From: an uncultured Lachnospiraceae bacterium
GTDB taxonomy: Bacteria > Bacillota > Clostridia > Oscillospirales > CAG-272
DNA: 64,000 nt
Direction of reading: 5' to 3'
NCBI GenBank assembly: GCA_964498965.1
Contig: CAZCJU010000002.1
Location: 3,798-67,797, forward strand
Below are positions 8,229-16,885 of this stretch, piece by piece (the stretch's first letter is position 1; every line of letters begins with the position of its first letter). The notes beneath the pieces were generated by a model. The model saw nothing but the letters and a program-made list of their open reading frames with translations. It made no database searches and was not told the origin of the DNA. The position numbers and the translations under genes were made by a program.

Positions 8229-9362
8229 ATGTCGTATCGGCAATACAACAGAATACCCGTACCCGAGGTACAGCGAGATGAGAAGAAACCCTTATCTCAA
8301 TTGCGTGACGAGCTGTCCTTCGTAAACGGCGGTGTCGATGCTTCGGACAAAGAAAAGCCTCGTTCCGCCGCAAGACCGAAAAGCATCGTTGTACCGAAAA
8401 CCGGTGAAAAGCGTCGATCGTCGTCGGTCGTGCAGTCCTCGGAAAAGCGGGTCAATCAAAAAATTCACCCGGGATATGAAAAACCTTATGATGCCGACAG
8501 GCAAAGAAGGCTTGAAGAACGAAAGCGTGCCGAATACATTCACCGCAAACAGCTTGCCGAAAAGCGACGCCGTGCGGAAAAGGCACGGCAAAAGGAGCTT
8601 GCCGCCTCAAAGCGTTTGAAGAGGGAAGCAAAGCGGGAAAGAGAACTCGAAAATAAAAAAATGCTTTACCGCAAACAGCAACGCCGTAGGCTCAATGCCG
8701 AACGAAACAAGCGGTACAGCCATGAGCTTTCGGTCGAAGAAAACGCACGCATAAGGATAAAAAAAGAACGTGAGAAAAAGCGTCGCATGGAAAAGGCTCG
8801 GTTGTTTGCCGTGCGTGCCGCCGCTTCCGTCGTTCTCGGTATTCTGCTGTTTTCTTTCGGCTTTGCAATGCATATTTTCTCGCTAAACCGCTATGCCGCT
8901 TACTCGTTGTCCGTGTATGTACGTGTCGGCGAAAACGAGCGTTACAAAGCGGAAAAGGGAAATATATTCATTTTGGGTGAGCAGATCTCACAGCTATGCG
9001 ATTTCACGGCTTTGGAAAACGAAAACGGCGTAAAGTACATTTCGTCGGCTTCGGGAAACGAATATATAACGTTTACATTCGATGTCCCGTCGGCAACGGT
9101 AAACGGAAACAAGGTGCGGATTGAAGCTTCGCCTTACATAAAGAACGGAAAAATATATGTTCCGCTGTCATTTTTCGAGGAATACTGCTCCGGACTTAAC
9201 ATACTGTACGATGAAAAAAGCAACACGGTCGGCGTATCACGTCAAATAACGAATGAAAAAGCCGTAGCTTCAAACGGTGCGGCACCTATCTACGAGCCGG
9301 TCACCTTTACCTTAAAAGAAAACGGCACGCTCACTCGAATAGACGAGCGACTTGTGCCTTAA
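8229..9362 (+). CDS. single-pass membrane protein with a K/R/E-rich N-terminal region and a copper-amine-oxidase-N-terminal-like (stalk) C-terminal domain
   Basis: The 377-aa ORF has a GGAGGG RBS. Residues ~90-190 are almost pure K/R/E/Q (RRLEERKRAEYIHRKQLAEKRRRAEKARQKE...). One TM segment follows (AASVVLGILLFSFGFAMHIF). The C-terminal part (...ATVNGNKVRIEASPYIKNGKIYVPLSFFEEY...) resembles Cu_amine_oxidN1-type domains. Confidence 0.6.
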   Translation: MSYRQYNRIPVPEVQRDEKKPLSQLRDELSFVNGGVDASDKEKPRSAARPKSIVVPKTGEKRRSSSVVQSSEKRVNQKIHPGYEKPYDADRQRRLEERKRAEYIHRKQLAEKRRRAEKARQKELAASKRLKREAKRERELENKKMLYRKQQRRRLNAERNKRYSHELSVEENARIRIKKEREKKRRMEKARLFAVRAAASVVLGILLFSFGFAMHIFSLNRYAAYSLSVYVRVGENERYKAEKGNIFILGEQISQLCDFTALENENGVKYISSASGNEYITFTFDVPSATVNGNKVRIEASPYIKNGKIYVPLSFFEEYCSGLNILYDEKSNTVGVSRQITNEKAVASNGAAPIYEPVTFTLKENGTLTRIDERLVP

Positions 9363-9373
9363 CGGAGATAAAA

Positions 9374-9868
9374 ATGCAGATCGAAAAATGCACGTCGGAG
9401 ATGTTGCCGACGGTATTGCGAATATACGACGACGCTCGAAAATATATGCGTGAAAACGGAAACCCGATGCAGTGGGGCGACGATTATCCGTCGTCGGCTC
9501 TTATACGAAGCGATATTGCCTCGGGAAATTTATACATATGTGCCGAGGCGGATGAAATCGTCGGCGTATTTTATTACCGCACGGGAGTCGATCCGACTTA
9601 TGAAACAACATATGACGGCGAATGGCTCAATTCTCTTTCCTACGGCGTTATTCACCGAATAGCCGTTTCAAGACATAAAAAAGGAGTTGCCTCCTTTTGC
9701 TTCGATCACTGCCTTTCGCTTTGCGGCAATCTTAAGATCGACACACACGCCGATAATATACCCATGCAACGTTCACTTGCGAAAAACGGTTTTCGTTATT
9801 GCGGCACGATCCGTCTTGAAAACGGTGAGGAACGGTTAGCCTACCAAAAATTCAGTCAAGATACGTAA
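9374..9868 (+). CDS. GNAT family N-acetyltransferase
   Basis: This 164-aa ORF has the size and motif layout typical of GNAT proteins (...HRIAVSRHKKGVASFCF...NIPMQRSLAKNGFRYCG). Confidence 0.65.
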   Translation: MQIEKCTSEMLPTVLRIYDDARKYMRENGNPMQWGDDYPSSALIRSDIASGNLYICAEADEIVGVFYYRTGVDPTYETTYDGEWLNSLSYGVIHRIAVSRHKKGVASFCFDHCLSLCGNLKIDTHADNIPMQRSLAKNGFRYCGTIRLENGEERLAYQKFSQDT

Positions 9869-10064
9869 AACGCATACATTCGATGCCGTTTGATATTACC
9901 GTATCAAACCACATAGATGCGGGACGTATCCATATTTCGCCGTTTCCGTACAATGCCTTATATACTACCAGGCTTTCCGAGGTTTCCGAATGTCTGCCTA
10001 CGCAAAGCACCTCATATTCATTACCTTTAAAGTGGCGGTAACGCCCTTTTTTTATTTCGTTCAT
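9852..10064 (-). CDS. DUF1653 family small protein
   Basis: I shortened the track ORF 9852-10397 to start at the ATG at 10062-10064. The product is MNEIKKGRYRHFKGNEYEVLCVGRHSETSESLVVYKALYGNGEIWIRPASMWFD..., and the YRHFKG..Y pattern with a later W.RP..MF is characteristic of DUF1653. Confidence 0.6.
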   Translation of the reverse strand: MNEIKKGRYRHFKGNEYEVLCVGRHSETSESLVVYKALYGNGEIWIRPASMWFDTVISNGIECMRFTYLD

Positions 10065-10187
10065 TTCTGCTCCCTTAATTATATTGTGAAAAATATCGAT
10101 AATTATGAAATAGCCGTTGCAATTTATCAATAACTGTGATAGAATATACTCAGCCGACAAATACATCGAATCGGCAGAGGTAGTAAT

Positions 10188-11480
10188 ATGAAAATCAAAG
10201 TCAAAACCAAAAGCTACAAAGAGGTCATCGAAATTCAAAAGCCAAAACACAAAAAACCGCTTAAGCAGAGTTATGCGTTTCGGCTTTTGCTTAAGCTTGT
10301 TTCCATGCCCGAGCTTATCGCTACGAGCTTCAAATACGAAAAACTCGGCATGGAGCGGTTGGGCAAGGACGAACCCGCACTTTTTCTGATGAATCATTCC
10401 TCGTTTATAGATTTAAAAATAGCTTCGTCACTGTTATTTCCCAAGCCGTTTAACATAGTTTGCACGTCGGATGGCTTCGTCGGCAAAGAACGCTTAATGC
10501 GTTTGCTCGGCTGTATTCCGACAAAAAAATTTCTATTTGACATCAGCCTTGTGCTTGACATTAAATATGCCGTAAACAAGCTTCATTCATCGATTCTTAT
10601 GTATCCGGAGGCAAGCTACACATTTGACGGCCGTGCAACACCGTTACCGGACAGTATCGGCAAGCTGGTAAAATCGCTCGGGATACCCGTTGTAATGATA
10701 AGCACCTGCGGTGCATTTGCACGTCAGCCTCTTTATAACAACTTAAAAACAAGAAATGTACGGGTAAATGCGAAAATGGAATATCTTCTTTCACCGAGTG
10801 ATATATCGGGATACGATGCGGAGCGGATAAACGATATTGTCAATGCGAAATTCGGGTTTGACGGCTTTAAATACCAGCAAAGCAATAAGATAAAGATAGA
10901 TTCCGCAGACCGAGCGGAAGGCTTGCACCGTGTTTTATACAAATGCCCGAGTTGCGGGAGCGAGGGTGCTACCGTCGGCATCGGCGAAAAGCTCGTTTGC
11001 GAAAACTGCGGAAAAACCTACATTTTAGATGAATACGGTTATATCGAAGCCGAAAGCGGCACTACGGAATTTTCGCATATTCCCGATTGGTACGCATGGC
11101 AACGCAAGTGCGTAAGACAACAACTCGAGCAGGGAACGTATCTTATGGATACGGAGGTCGAGATATATATGCTCGTCGATGCAAAATGCGTATACAAAGT
11201 AGGCGACGGACGGCTGACTCATTCCGCCGACGGCTTTCATTTGACGGGATGTGACGGTGAACTTGATTTCACGCAAAAGCCTATAGCGTCATACAGTCTT
11301 TACTCCGATTTTTATTGGTACGAGCTGGGCGATATAATATGCATAGGAAACCAAAAAGCGTTATATTACTGTTTTCCCAAGGATCAAAACGGGATAGTCG
11401 CAAAAGCACGGCTGGCAACAGAAGAACTTTATAAACTCAGCAGACTCAAAAGCCCCGCCGCTCTCCGACAAGCTTTATAA
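10188..11480 (+). CDS. lysophospholipid (1-acyl-sn-glycerol-3-phosphate-type) acyltransferase family protein with a zinc-ribbon insert
   Basis: The 430-aa ORF carries the acyltransferase HxxxxD box (NHSSFID) and a downstream YPEAS motif. A CPSCG...CENCG zinc ribbon is present in the C-terminal half. Confidence 0.65.
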   Translation: MKIKVKTKSYKEVIEIQKPKHKKPLKQSYAFRLLLKLVSMPELIATSFKYEKLGMERLGKDEPALFLMNHSSFIDLKIASSLLFPKPFNIVCTSDGFVGKERLMRLLGCIPTKKFLFDISLVLDIKYAVNKLHSSILMYPEASYTFDGRATPLPDSIGKLVKSLGIPVVMISTCGAFARQPLYNNLKTRNVRVNAKMEYLLSPSDISGYDAERINDIVNAKFGFDGFKYQQSNKIKIDSADRAEGLHRVLYKCPSCGSEGATVGIGEKLVCENCGKTYILDEYGYIEAESGTTEFSHIPDWYAWQRKCVRQQLEQGTYLMDTEVEIYMLVDAKCVYKVGDGRLTHSADGFHLTGCDGELDFTQKPIASYSLYSDFYWYELGDIICIGNQKALYYCFPKDQNGIVAKARLATEELYKLSRLKSPAALRQAL

Positions 11481-12174
11481 ATATTATTTCCGGAGCATTC
11501 ATTATTCTCGGGAAAGGCCACGGATTTCCCAAGCCGCGACTTACGAGAAGCTTACCGTATATTCCCGAGGTATATTTCGGGAACAGACCTTGCCCGGGAG
11601 AAAATACGCCTCGGTCGAAGAATCTCCACTGCCCACCGTGAGCGTGTCCCGAAAGCACTATATCGATCCGTTTGTCCTTCAGATATGCGGGATAGTATTC
11701 CGGATGGTGAGAAAGCAGGAGCTTGTACCCGTTCAATGCGGAAAATTCGTTTATAAATTCAACATCGGGTGCGGGCGTTTTTTTCAGCTCACCTTGCTTT
11801 TCGTTCTGCCTGTATCCGGATGACAATCCACCGATAAAGACACCCGAAAACTCCGCATAAGCATTGTCGAGCAACGTCACACCTGCTTCTTTTATAAGCG
11901 GAAGCGGATCGAATTTCAATTTCCGCTCGTGATTGCCTATCGAGCAAAACACGGGTGCGATATCGTTCGCAAGACGCAAAAACTTGATCCCCCGCTCATA
12001 TCTTTCCGTATTGTGGACAAAATCTCCCGCAACCAAAACGCCGTTCGGACGGCGTTTTTTTATTTCGTCGAGTATCGGCTCGTTTTCCGTATCGTGCAGA
12101 TCCGAAACAAACGCAAAGCACAGATCTACGGGGGAGGCGAATGTATACTCGTTTATCTCCGTTTTTCGGCTCAT
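11446..12174 (-). CDS. metallophosphoesterase (calcineurin-like, YkuE-type)
   Basis: The track ORF starts at a TTG (12195) inside nadE, so I prefer the ATG at 12172-12174 (MSRKTEINEY...). The motifs DLHD, GDFVH, GNHE and SGHAHGGQ are present. Confidence 0.75.
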   Translation of the reverse strand: MSRKTEINEYTFASPVDLCFAFVSDLHDTENEPILDEIKKRRPNGVLVAGDFVHNTERYERGIKFLRLANDIAPVFCSIGNHERKLKFDPLPLIKEAGVTLLDNAYAEFSGVFIGGLSSGYRQNEKQGELKKTPAPDVEFINEFSALNGYKLLLSHHPEYYPAYLKDKRIDIVLSGHAHGGQWRFFDRGVFSPGQGLFPKYTSGIYGKLLVSRGLGNPWPFPRIMNAPEIIFIKLVGERRGF

Positions 12175-12181
12175 TTTCGAC

Positions 12182-12922
12182 CTATTTTTGATCAAGATTC
12201 GGTTCGAAACAGGGCATGAGCTGTAGCTTGAAGAGATTATTCTTGTGCATTCTGTCGATTTTTTCTTTTTTGCTCAAATCATCGATCTTTCCGGTACGAA
12301 TATATCTGTCAAGCTCCGCATACGTGAAGCCGAGGTTTTCTTCATCGCTTTTTCCGCACAGTCCGTCTATCGGAATTTTGTCAACAAGGCTTGCGGGCAA
12401 ATTAAGTACACGACCGAGCTGTTTCACCTCGTCAACCGTAAGTCTGGAAAGAGGACTGAAATCGCCGACTGAATCGCCGTATCTTGTCGAATATCCCACC
12501 CAATCCTCGGAAAGGTTACACGTGTTTGCTACACGTCCGTTGCAACATTGCGATACGGCATACACAGTTGCCATTCTTATACGGGGCGGAAGATTGTTGC
12601 TTGCCTGTTGAGTAAATGTCAGTTCCGTCGGCATCGCACCTTTCAATCCGTCTACGGCGGCTTTGATATTTACCTCGTAATACTTGATATTCAGATGCTT
12701 TACAAGCAGATATGCGGCATCTATATCGTGCTGTTGACCGCAGGGCATGAGAACTCCCACAACTCTGTCGGTGCCGAGTGCTTCAACGCACAGTGCCGCG
12801 GTCACGGAACTGTCTTTTCCTCCCGATATTCCCACGACCGCATTGCAGTCCTTGCCGTTCGCCTCAAAAAAAGCTTTTATCCATTCGACACATTCGTTCT
12901 TTATTTTCAAAGCATCAAACAT
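12182..12922 (-). CDS. nadE: ammonia-dependent NAD+ synthetase
   Basis: The 246-aa ORF has the PP-loop SGGKDSS in the context VVGISGGKDSSVTAAL, and its overall length is typical of NadE. Confidence 0.85.
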   Translation of the reverse strand: MFDALKIKNECVEWIKAFFEANGKDCNAVVGISGGKDSSVTAALCVEALGTDRVVGVLMPCGQQHDIDAAYLLVKHLNIKYYEVNIKAAVDGLKGAMPTELTFTQQASNNLPPRIRMATVYAVSQCCNGRVANTCNLSEDWVGYSTRYGDSVGDFSPLSRLTVDEVKQLGRVLNLPASLVDKIPIDGLCGKSDEENLGFTYAELDRYIRTGKIDDLSKKEKIDRMHKNNLFKLQLMPCFEPNLDQK

Positions 12923-12950
12923 AATGACACCTCCCGAAATTTATGCCTGT

Positions 12951-12979
12951 ATTGTATCATAAACATTTGCCTTTGTCAA
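12951..12979 (-). promoter_or_regulatory. sigma-A-type promoter for nadE
   Basis: On the minus strand: TTGACA (12974-12979), a 17-nt spacer, then TACAAT (12951-12956), preceded by TGA. Confidence 0.45.
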
Positions 12980-13152
12980 TCGTTTTCACAATTCTCGATT
13001 TATCCGTTCTTATTTTTTCAAGCTTCGCCGTGTCAACATCTATTGTAATACTGTGCGGATTTTTTTGTTATTTCGTCAAAGCTATTGAAAAACGGAGCGA
13101 CCTATGATAAAATAACGTGAAATAAATTGCAAATACGAGAAAGGTGAGCAAA

Positions 13153-14397
13153 ATGAAACACCCGGAAAAAAAAGAAGCGAAACGATACGACAGCACTTGT
13201 CGCTGTGCGGAATTCACGGACACAGTCTATAGCGGCAAAAACAGAACGAGAGCCGAATTGAGTGAAAAGCTTCGTGCCGCACAGCAAAGCTTTTTACCTC
13301 CTCCGCACATGCTCAAGGCGTTTACGGGCGAACTGCACGGACACACAACACTTTCGGACGGATGTGTTGATATAGATACGTATTTTACGAACCTGCGTGA
13401 TAAGGCACGGCTCGATTTTGCCGCAATCACGGATCACGACCACGGCGGTGTCGGTGGCGACGAGCTTTGGAACGGCAAATGGGAAATTATAAAGAAAAAG
13501 GTCAAAGAATATCGTCGTGACGGCGAATTCGTTACGATACTCGCATACGAACGTGATTCCTATCCGTATTATTCCAATATGGTGCTTTATTTTGAAAATG
13601 ACGACGGCGAGCCGATACGGGGCGTGCGGGACGGAGAGATAACATGCGATGAATTGAAACGGATGCTTACACGTACCGATGTTGTTGCGGCGTGCCACGA
13701 CACGTATCGCTTGTCGTGTTATGTTGATTTTCAGACACTCGACGACACCCTGTTTTTGCCGTACATCGAAGTGATATCCAGAGGAGATGCCGCCGAGTAT
13801 ATGGGCAATCCCGCATGGCGTGAGAGGGATTGCTGTGAGGGCGGTTTTTGGCGTGACGCACTCGACAGAGGTGCAAAAATAGGTGTCATAGGCGGCAGTG
13901 ATGACCACGTAGGCATGGGCGGCAGAGTCGATCGTAGGTTAGGATATCCCGCAATGTATCCCGGTGTCACGGGCGTATGGGCAGTGGAAAACACACACAA
14001 GGCGATATTCGAGGCCTTGAAAGCGAAAAGGACATATGCGTATATGCTCGGCAATTACGACGGAGAAATGCACGGACGCATAGAGATAGAATTCAGAATA
14101 AACGGCTATTGGATGGGCAGTGAGCTTAAACTCGGCGACAACGAGGAATTGATCATATATTTTAAAGTCGGCTCGGACGTGCCGATAAAGGAGGTAACGC
14201 TTGTTAAAAACTGCCGTGACCGTATAAAATGGTACGGCAAGAATGAGGACACGGTTCTCGATTACAAACAGGAACGAGAAACGGACAGCTATTACCTGCG
14301 TGTCGAGCTTGAGGACGGCCGCTTCGGATGGACGAGTCCGATCTGGACAGAACGAGAAAGAAAAAGCAAAATCAATGAATGTGTATCGGCTTTTTAA
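13153..14397 (+). CDS. PHP-domain (polymerase/histidinol-phosphatase-like) metallohydrolase family protein
   Basis: The track ORF begins at a GTG (13144). The ATG at 13153 sits 7 nt after AAAGGTGA, so I use it. Motifs include GELHGHTTLSDG (H-x-H), AAITDHDHG and GGSDDH. Confidence 0.55.
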   Translation: MKHPEKKEAKRYDSTCRCAEFTDTVYSGKNRTRAELSEKLRAAQQSFLPPPHMLKAFTGELHGHTTLSDGCVDIDTYFTNLRDKARLDFAAITDHDHGGVGGDELWNGKWEIIKKKVKEYRRDGEFVTILAYERDSYPYYSNMVLYFENDDGEPIRGVRDGEITCDELKRMLTRTDVVAACHDTYRLSCYVDFQTLDDTLFLPYIEVISRGDAAEYMGNPAWRERDCCEGGFWRDALDRGAKIGVIGGSDDHVGMGGRVDRRLGYPAMYPGVTGVWAVENTHKAIFEALKAKRTYAYMLGNYDGEMHGRIEIEFRINGYWMGSELKLGDNEELIIYFKVGSDVPIKEVTLVKNCRDRIKWYGKNEDTVLDYKQERETDSYYLRVELEDGRFGWTSPIWTERERKSKINECVSAF

Positions 14398-14611
14398 AAA
14401 TTAATTTTATTTGCAATTTCGATTTTTGTTGTCAGCCGTACCCTCTATAAAGCCTTCCCCACTTGGGGGAAGACAGGCAAAGCCGACAGATGAGGGCATC
14501 GCCACACCGTACTTACTAAGTTAGTTTGCACGGCTTCATTCACATCTTTCGAATTTATCGCTTGCATATATTATAGAATGGAAAAACGAACGCCAAAATG
14601 CGATTTTGGTA

Positions 14612-14640
14612 TTGACATTTGAACAAAAATTTGGTATATT
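14612..14640 (+). promoter_or_regulatory. sigma-A-type promoter for hppA
   Basis: TTGACA (14612-14617), a 17-nt spacer, then TATATT (14635-14640). Confidence 0.5.
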
Positions 14641-14702
14641 AAAATGTAGTATTATTTGTCGCAAAACTCGGAATAAAAAAATAAGATAGGAGGACGGTAA
14701 AA

Positions 14703-16841
14703 ATGATGGATTTGTGGTTTTTACTGCCTATAGGTGCGTTGGCGGCGTTGGCGTTTGCCGCATATAATGCATATAAGGTCAAAAAATGCGATTGCGGAAA
14801 CGAAACTGTCAAGAGCCTTTCGGATTCGATCAAGGCGGGTGCAAACGCCTACTTGAAGCGTCAGTATAAGACCGTCGTAATATTTTTCGGAATCGTGTTC
14901 GTGCTGCTTTTCGCTCTTTCGCAGATCAAACCGGGCGAAAACGGTCAGGCACTGATCTCGAGGTTTACCCCGTTCGCTTTTCTGACGGGTGGATTTTTCT
15001 CCGGACTTTCCGGATTCTTGGGAATGAAGATCGCAACAAGTGCGAATTGCAGGACGACAACAGCCGCATCGCAAAGCCTTAATAGGGGACTGCGTGTTGC
15101 GTTTTCGGCAGGCTCCGTAATGGGCTTCGTTGTGGTCGGACTCGGTCTGCTCGATGTTTCTATGTGGTATCTCGCACTCAGATTTTTGTTCGGAATCGAG
15201 GATATGCGTGAGCTTACGACCAATATGATAACGTTCGGTATCGGTGCTTCCACAATGGCGCTTTTTGCAAGAGTCGGCGGAGGAATATTCACTAAAGCCG
15301 CCGATGTCGGTGCCGATCTCGTCGGGAAAGTCGAAGCGGGAATACCTGAGGACGATGCGAGAAACCCCGCCACAATTGCGGATAACGTCGGCGATAACGT
15401 CGGCGACGTTGCGGGCATGGGAGCGGATCTTTACGAATCGTACGTCGGTTCTATAATTTCCGCATTTTCGCTTGCCGTTACGGCGGGCTTCGGTGAACCG
15501 TCAAAAGCAATATTGCCGATGCTACTTGCCGTACTCGGAATCGTTTGCTCGATTGTGGGAACGTTTTTTGTTCGCTGCGGCGATTCTATCGAACAGAAAA
15601 AACTCCTTTCCGCTTTGAGAAGGGGAACATATGCGGCAGCGATTTTGTTTGCCGCTTGCTCGCTTCCGCTGATATATTCGGTCTTGGGCAAGGGAAGCCT
15701 TGGAGTTTACGGCGCCGTTCTTTCCGGACTTGTTGCCGGAGTCCTTATAGGATATTTCACAGAGTACTTTACCTCGGATACATATAAACCTACACAAAAA
15801 CTCGCACAAACCTCGAAAACAGGCTCGGCCACTATCATAATCAGCGGTTTTTCGCTCGGTATGAAAAGTGTGATAGCTCCTATCGTGATCATCTCGATCT
15901 CCGTTCTGGCTTCGTTCTTCCTTGCCGGCTTCGGTCATAACGATGAGGGCAAGATCGTTCTCGATGCCGCAAAAGGACTTTTCGGAATTTCGATATCGGC
16001 TGTCGGTATGCTTTCAACGCTCGGAATAACGCTTGCGACCGATGCGTATGGACCGATAGCGGATAATGCTGGCGGTATCGCTCAAATGGCGGGACTTGAC
16101 GAAACGGTGAGAGAACGCACGGACGCACTCGATTCGCTCGGCAATACGACCGCCGCGACCGGAAAAGGCTTTGCGATAGGCTCTGCGGCTCTTACTGCGC
16201 TGTCATTGATCGTCGCATTTAAGGAACAGCTGAAATATTTCGGATTTGAAAGCTTTAAGCTCGATATAACCGACCCCATCGTTCTTGTCGGCGTGTTTAT
16301 AGGAGCGATGCTCCCGTTCGTTTTTGCCGCAATGACAATGGATTCGGTAGGTCAAGCAGCTCAAAGCATAGTTGTGGAGGTTCGCCGTCAATTCAGAGAA
16401 ATGACGGGGATTATGGAGGGAAAAAACAAGCCGGACTATAAACGTTGCGTGGATATTTGCACGAAAGCGTCGCTCGGCAAAATGGTCGCACCTTCCGTTT
16501 GTGCGGTTGTTGTTCCCGTCGCAGTCGGTGTTCTGCTCGGTCCGGGCGGCGTTTCGGGCATGCTGTGCGGTGCTTTGGTTACGGGATTTTTGCTTGCCGT
16601 TTTGATGTCGAATGCCGGAGGAGCATGGGATAACGCAAAAAAGTATATCGAAAGCGGAAAACTCGGCGGAAAGGGAAGTGATGCCCATAAAGCGGCGGTT
16701 GTCGGAGATACCGTCGGCGATCCGTTCAAGGATACGAGCGGTCCGTCAATCAATATTTTGATAAAATTGCTTTCGATAGTTTCGATAGTTTTCGCATATA
16801 TAATCGCGAATACCAATTTTATAGGCAGATTCTTTATGTAA
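14703..16841 (+). CDS. hppA: membrane-integral, ion-translocating pyrophosphatase (K+-dependent subfamily)
   Basis: The 712-aa polytopic protein has an AGGAGG RBS and the signatures GGGIFTKAADVGADLVGKVE, DNVGDNVGD and GDTVGDPFKDT. The motif GNTTAATGKG has Ala rather than Lys after GNTT, which in this family marks K+-dependent (H+ or Na+) enzymes. Confidence 0.9.
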   Translation: MMDLWFLLPIGALAALAFAAYNAYKVKKCDCGNETVKSLSDSIKAGANAYLKRQYKTVVIFFGIVFVLLFALSQIKPGENGQALISRFTPFAFLTGGFFSGLSGFLGMKIATSANCRTTTAASQSLNRGLRVAFSAGSVMGFVVVGLGLLDVSMWYLALRFLFGIEDMRELTTNMITFGIGASTMALFARVGGGIFTKAADVGADLVGKVEAGIPEDDARNPATIADNVGDNVGDVAGMGADLYESYVGSIISAFSLAVTAGFGEPSKAILPMLLAVLGIVCSIVGTFFVRCGDSIEQKKLLSALRRGTYAAAILFAACSLPLIYSVLGKGSLGVYGAVLSGLVAGVLIGYFTEYFTSDTYKPTQKLAQTSKTGSATIIISGFSLGMKSVIAPIVIISISVLASFFLAGFGHNDEGKIVLDAAKGLFGISISAVGMLSTLGITLATDAYGPIADNAGGIAQMAGLDETVRERTDALDSLGNTTAATGKGFAIGSAALTALSLIVAFKEQLKYFGFESFKLDITDPIVLVGVFIGAMLPFVFAAMTMDSVGQAAQSIVVEVRRQFREMTGIMEGKNKPDYKRCVDICTKASLGKMVAPSVCAVVVPVAVGVLLGPGGVSGMLCGALVTGFLLAVLMSNAGGAWDNAKKYIESGKLGGKGSDAHKAAVVGDTVGDPFKDTSGPSINILIKLLSIVSIVFAYIIANTNFIGRFFM

Positions 16842-16885
16842 AAAAGTGCGTTTCGGAGTTTTTCCGAAACGCACTTTTTTATTTT
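16842..16885. terminator. bidirectional rho-independent terminator between convergent genes
   Basis: The stem is agtgcgtttcgga / tccgaaacgcact (13 bp), flanked by an A-run on the left and a T-run on the right. It sits between the hppA stop (16841) and the stop of the 566-aa gene (16879). Confidence 0.7.

Noticed and set aside
10065-10397. The long N-terminal extension of track ORF 9852-10397 (181 aa).
   Set aside because: Only the last 70 aa (from the ATG at 10064) look like a real protein (DUF1653). The extension is low-complexity and overlaps the start of the divergent acyltransferase gene at 10188.
12548-13048. A 166-aa plus-strand ORF overlapping nadE and its promoter.
   Set aside because: It is antisense to the strongly supported nadE CDS and has no recognisable motif.
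14398-14702. A riboswitch or leader RNA for hppA.
   Set aside because: The good -35/-10 pair at 14612-14640 leaves only ~60 nt of AT-rich leader. The structured GC-rich element lies upstream of the promoter. I saw no resemblance to a riboswitch class I know.
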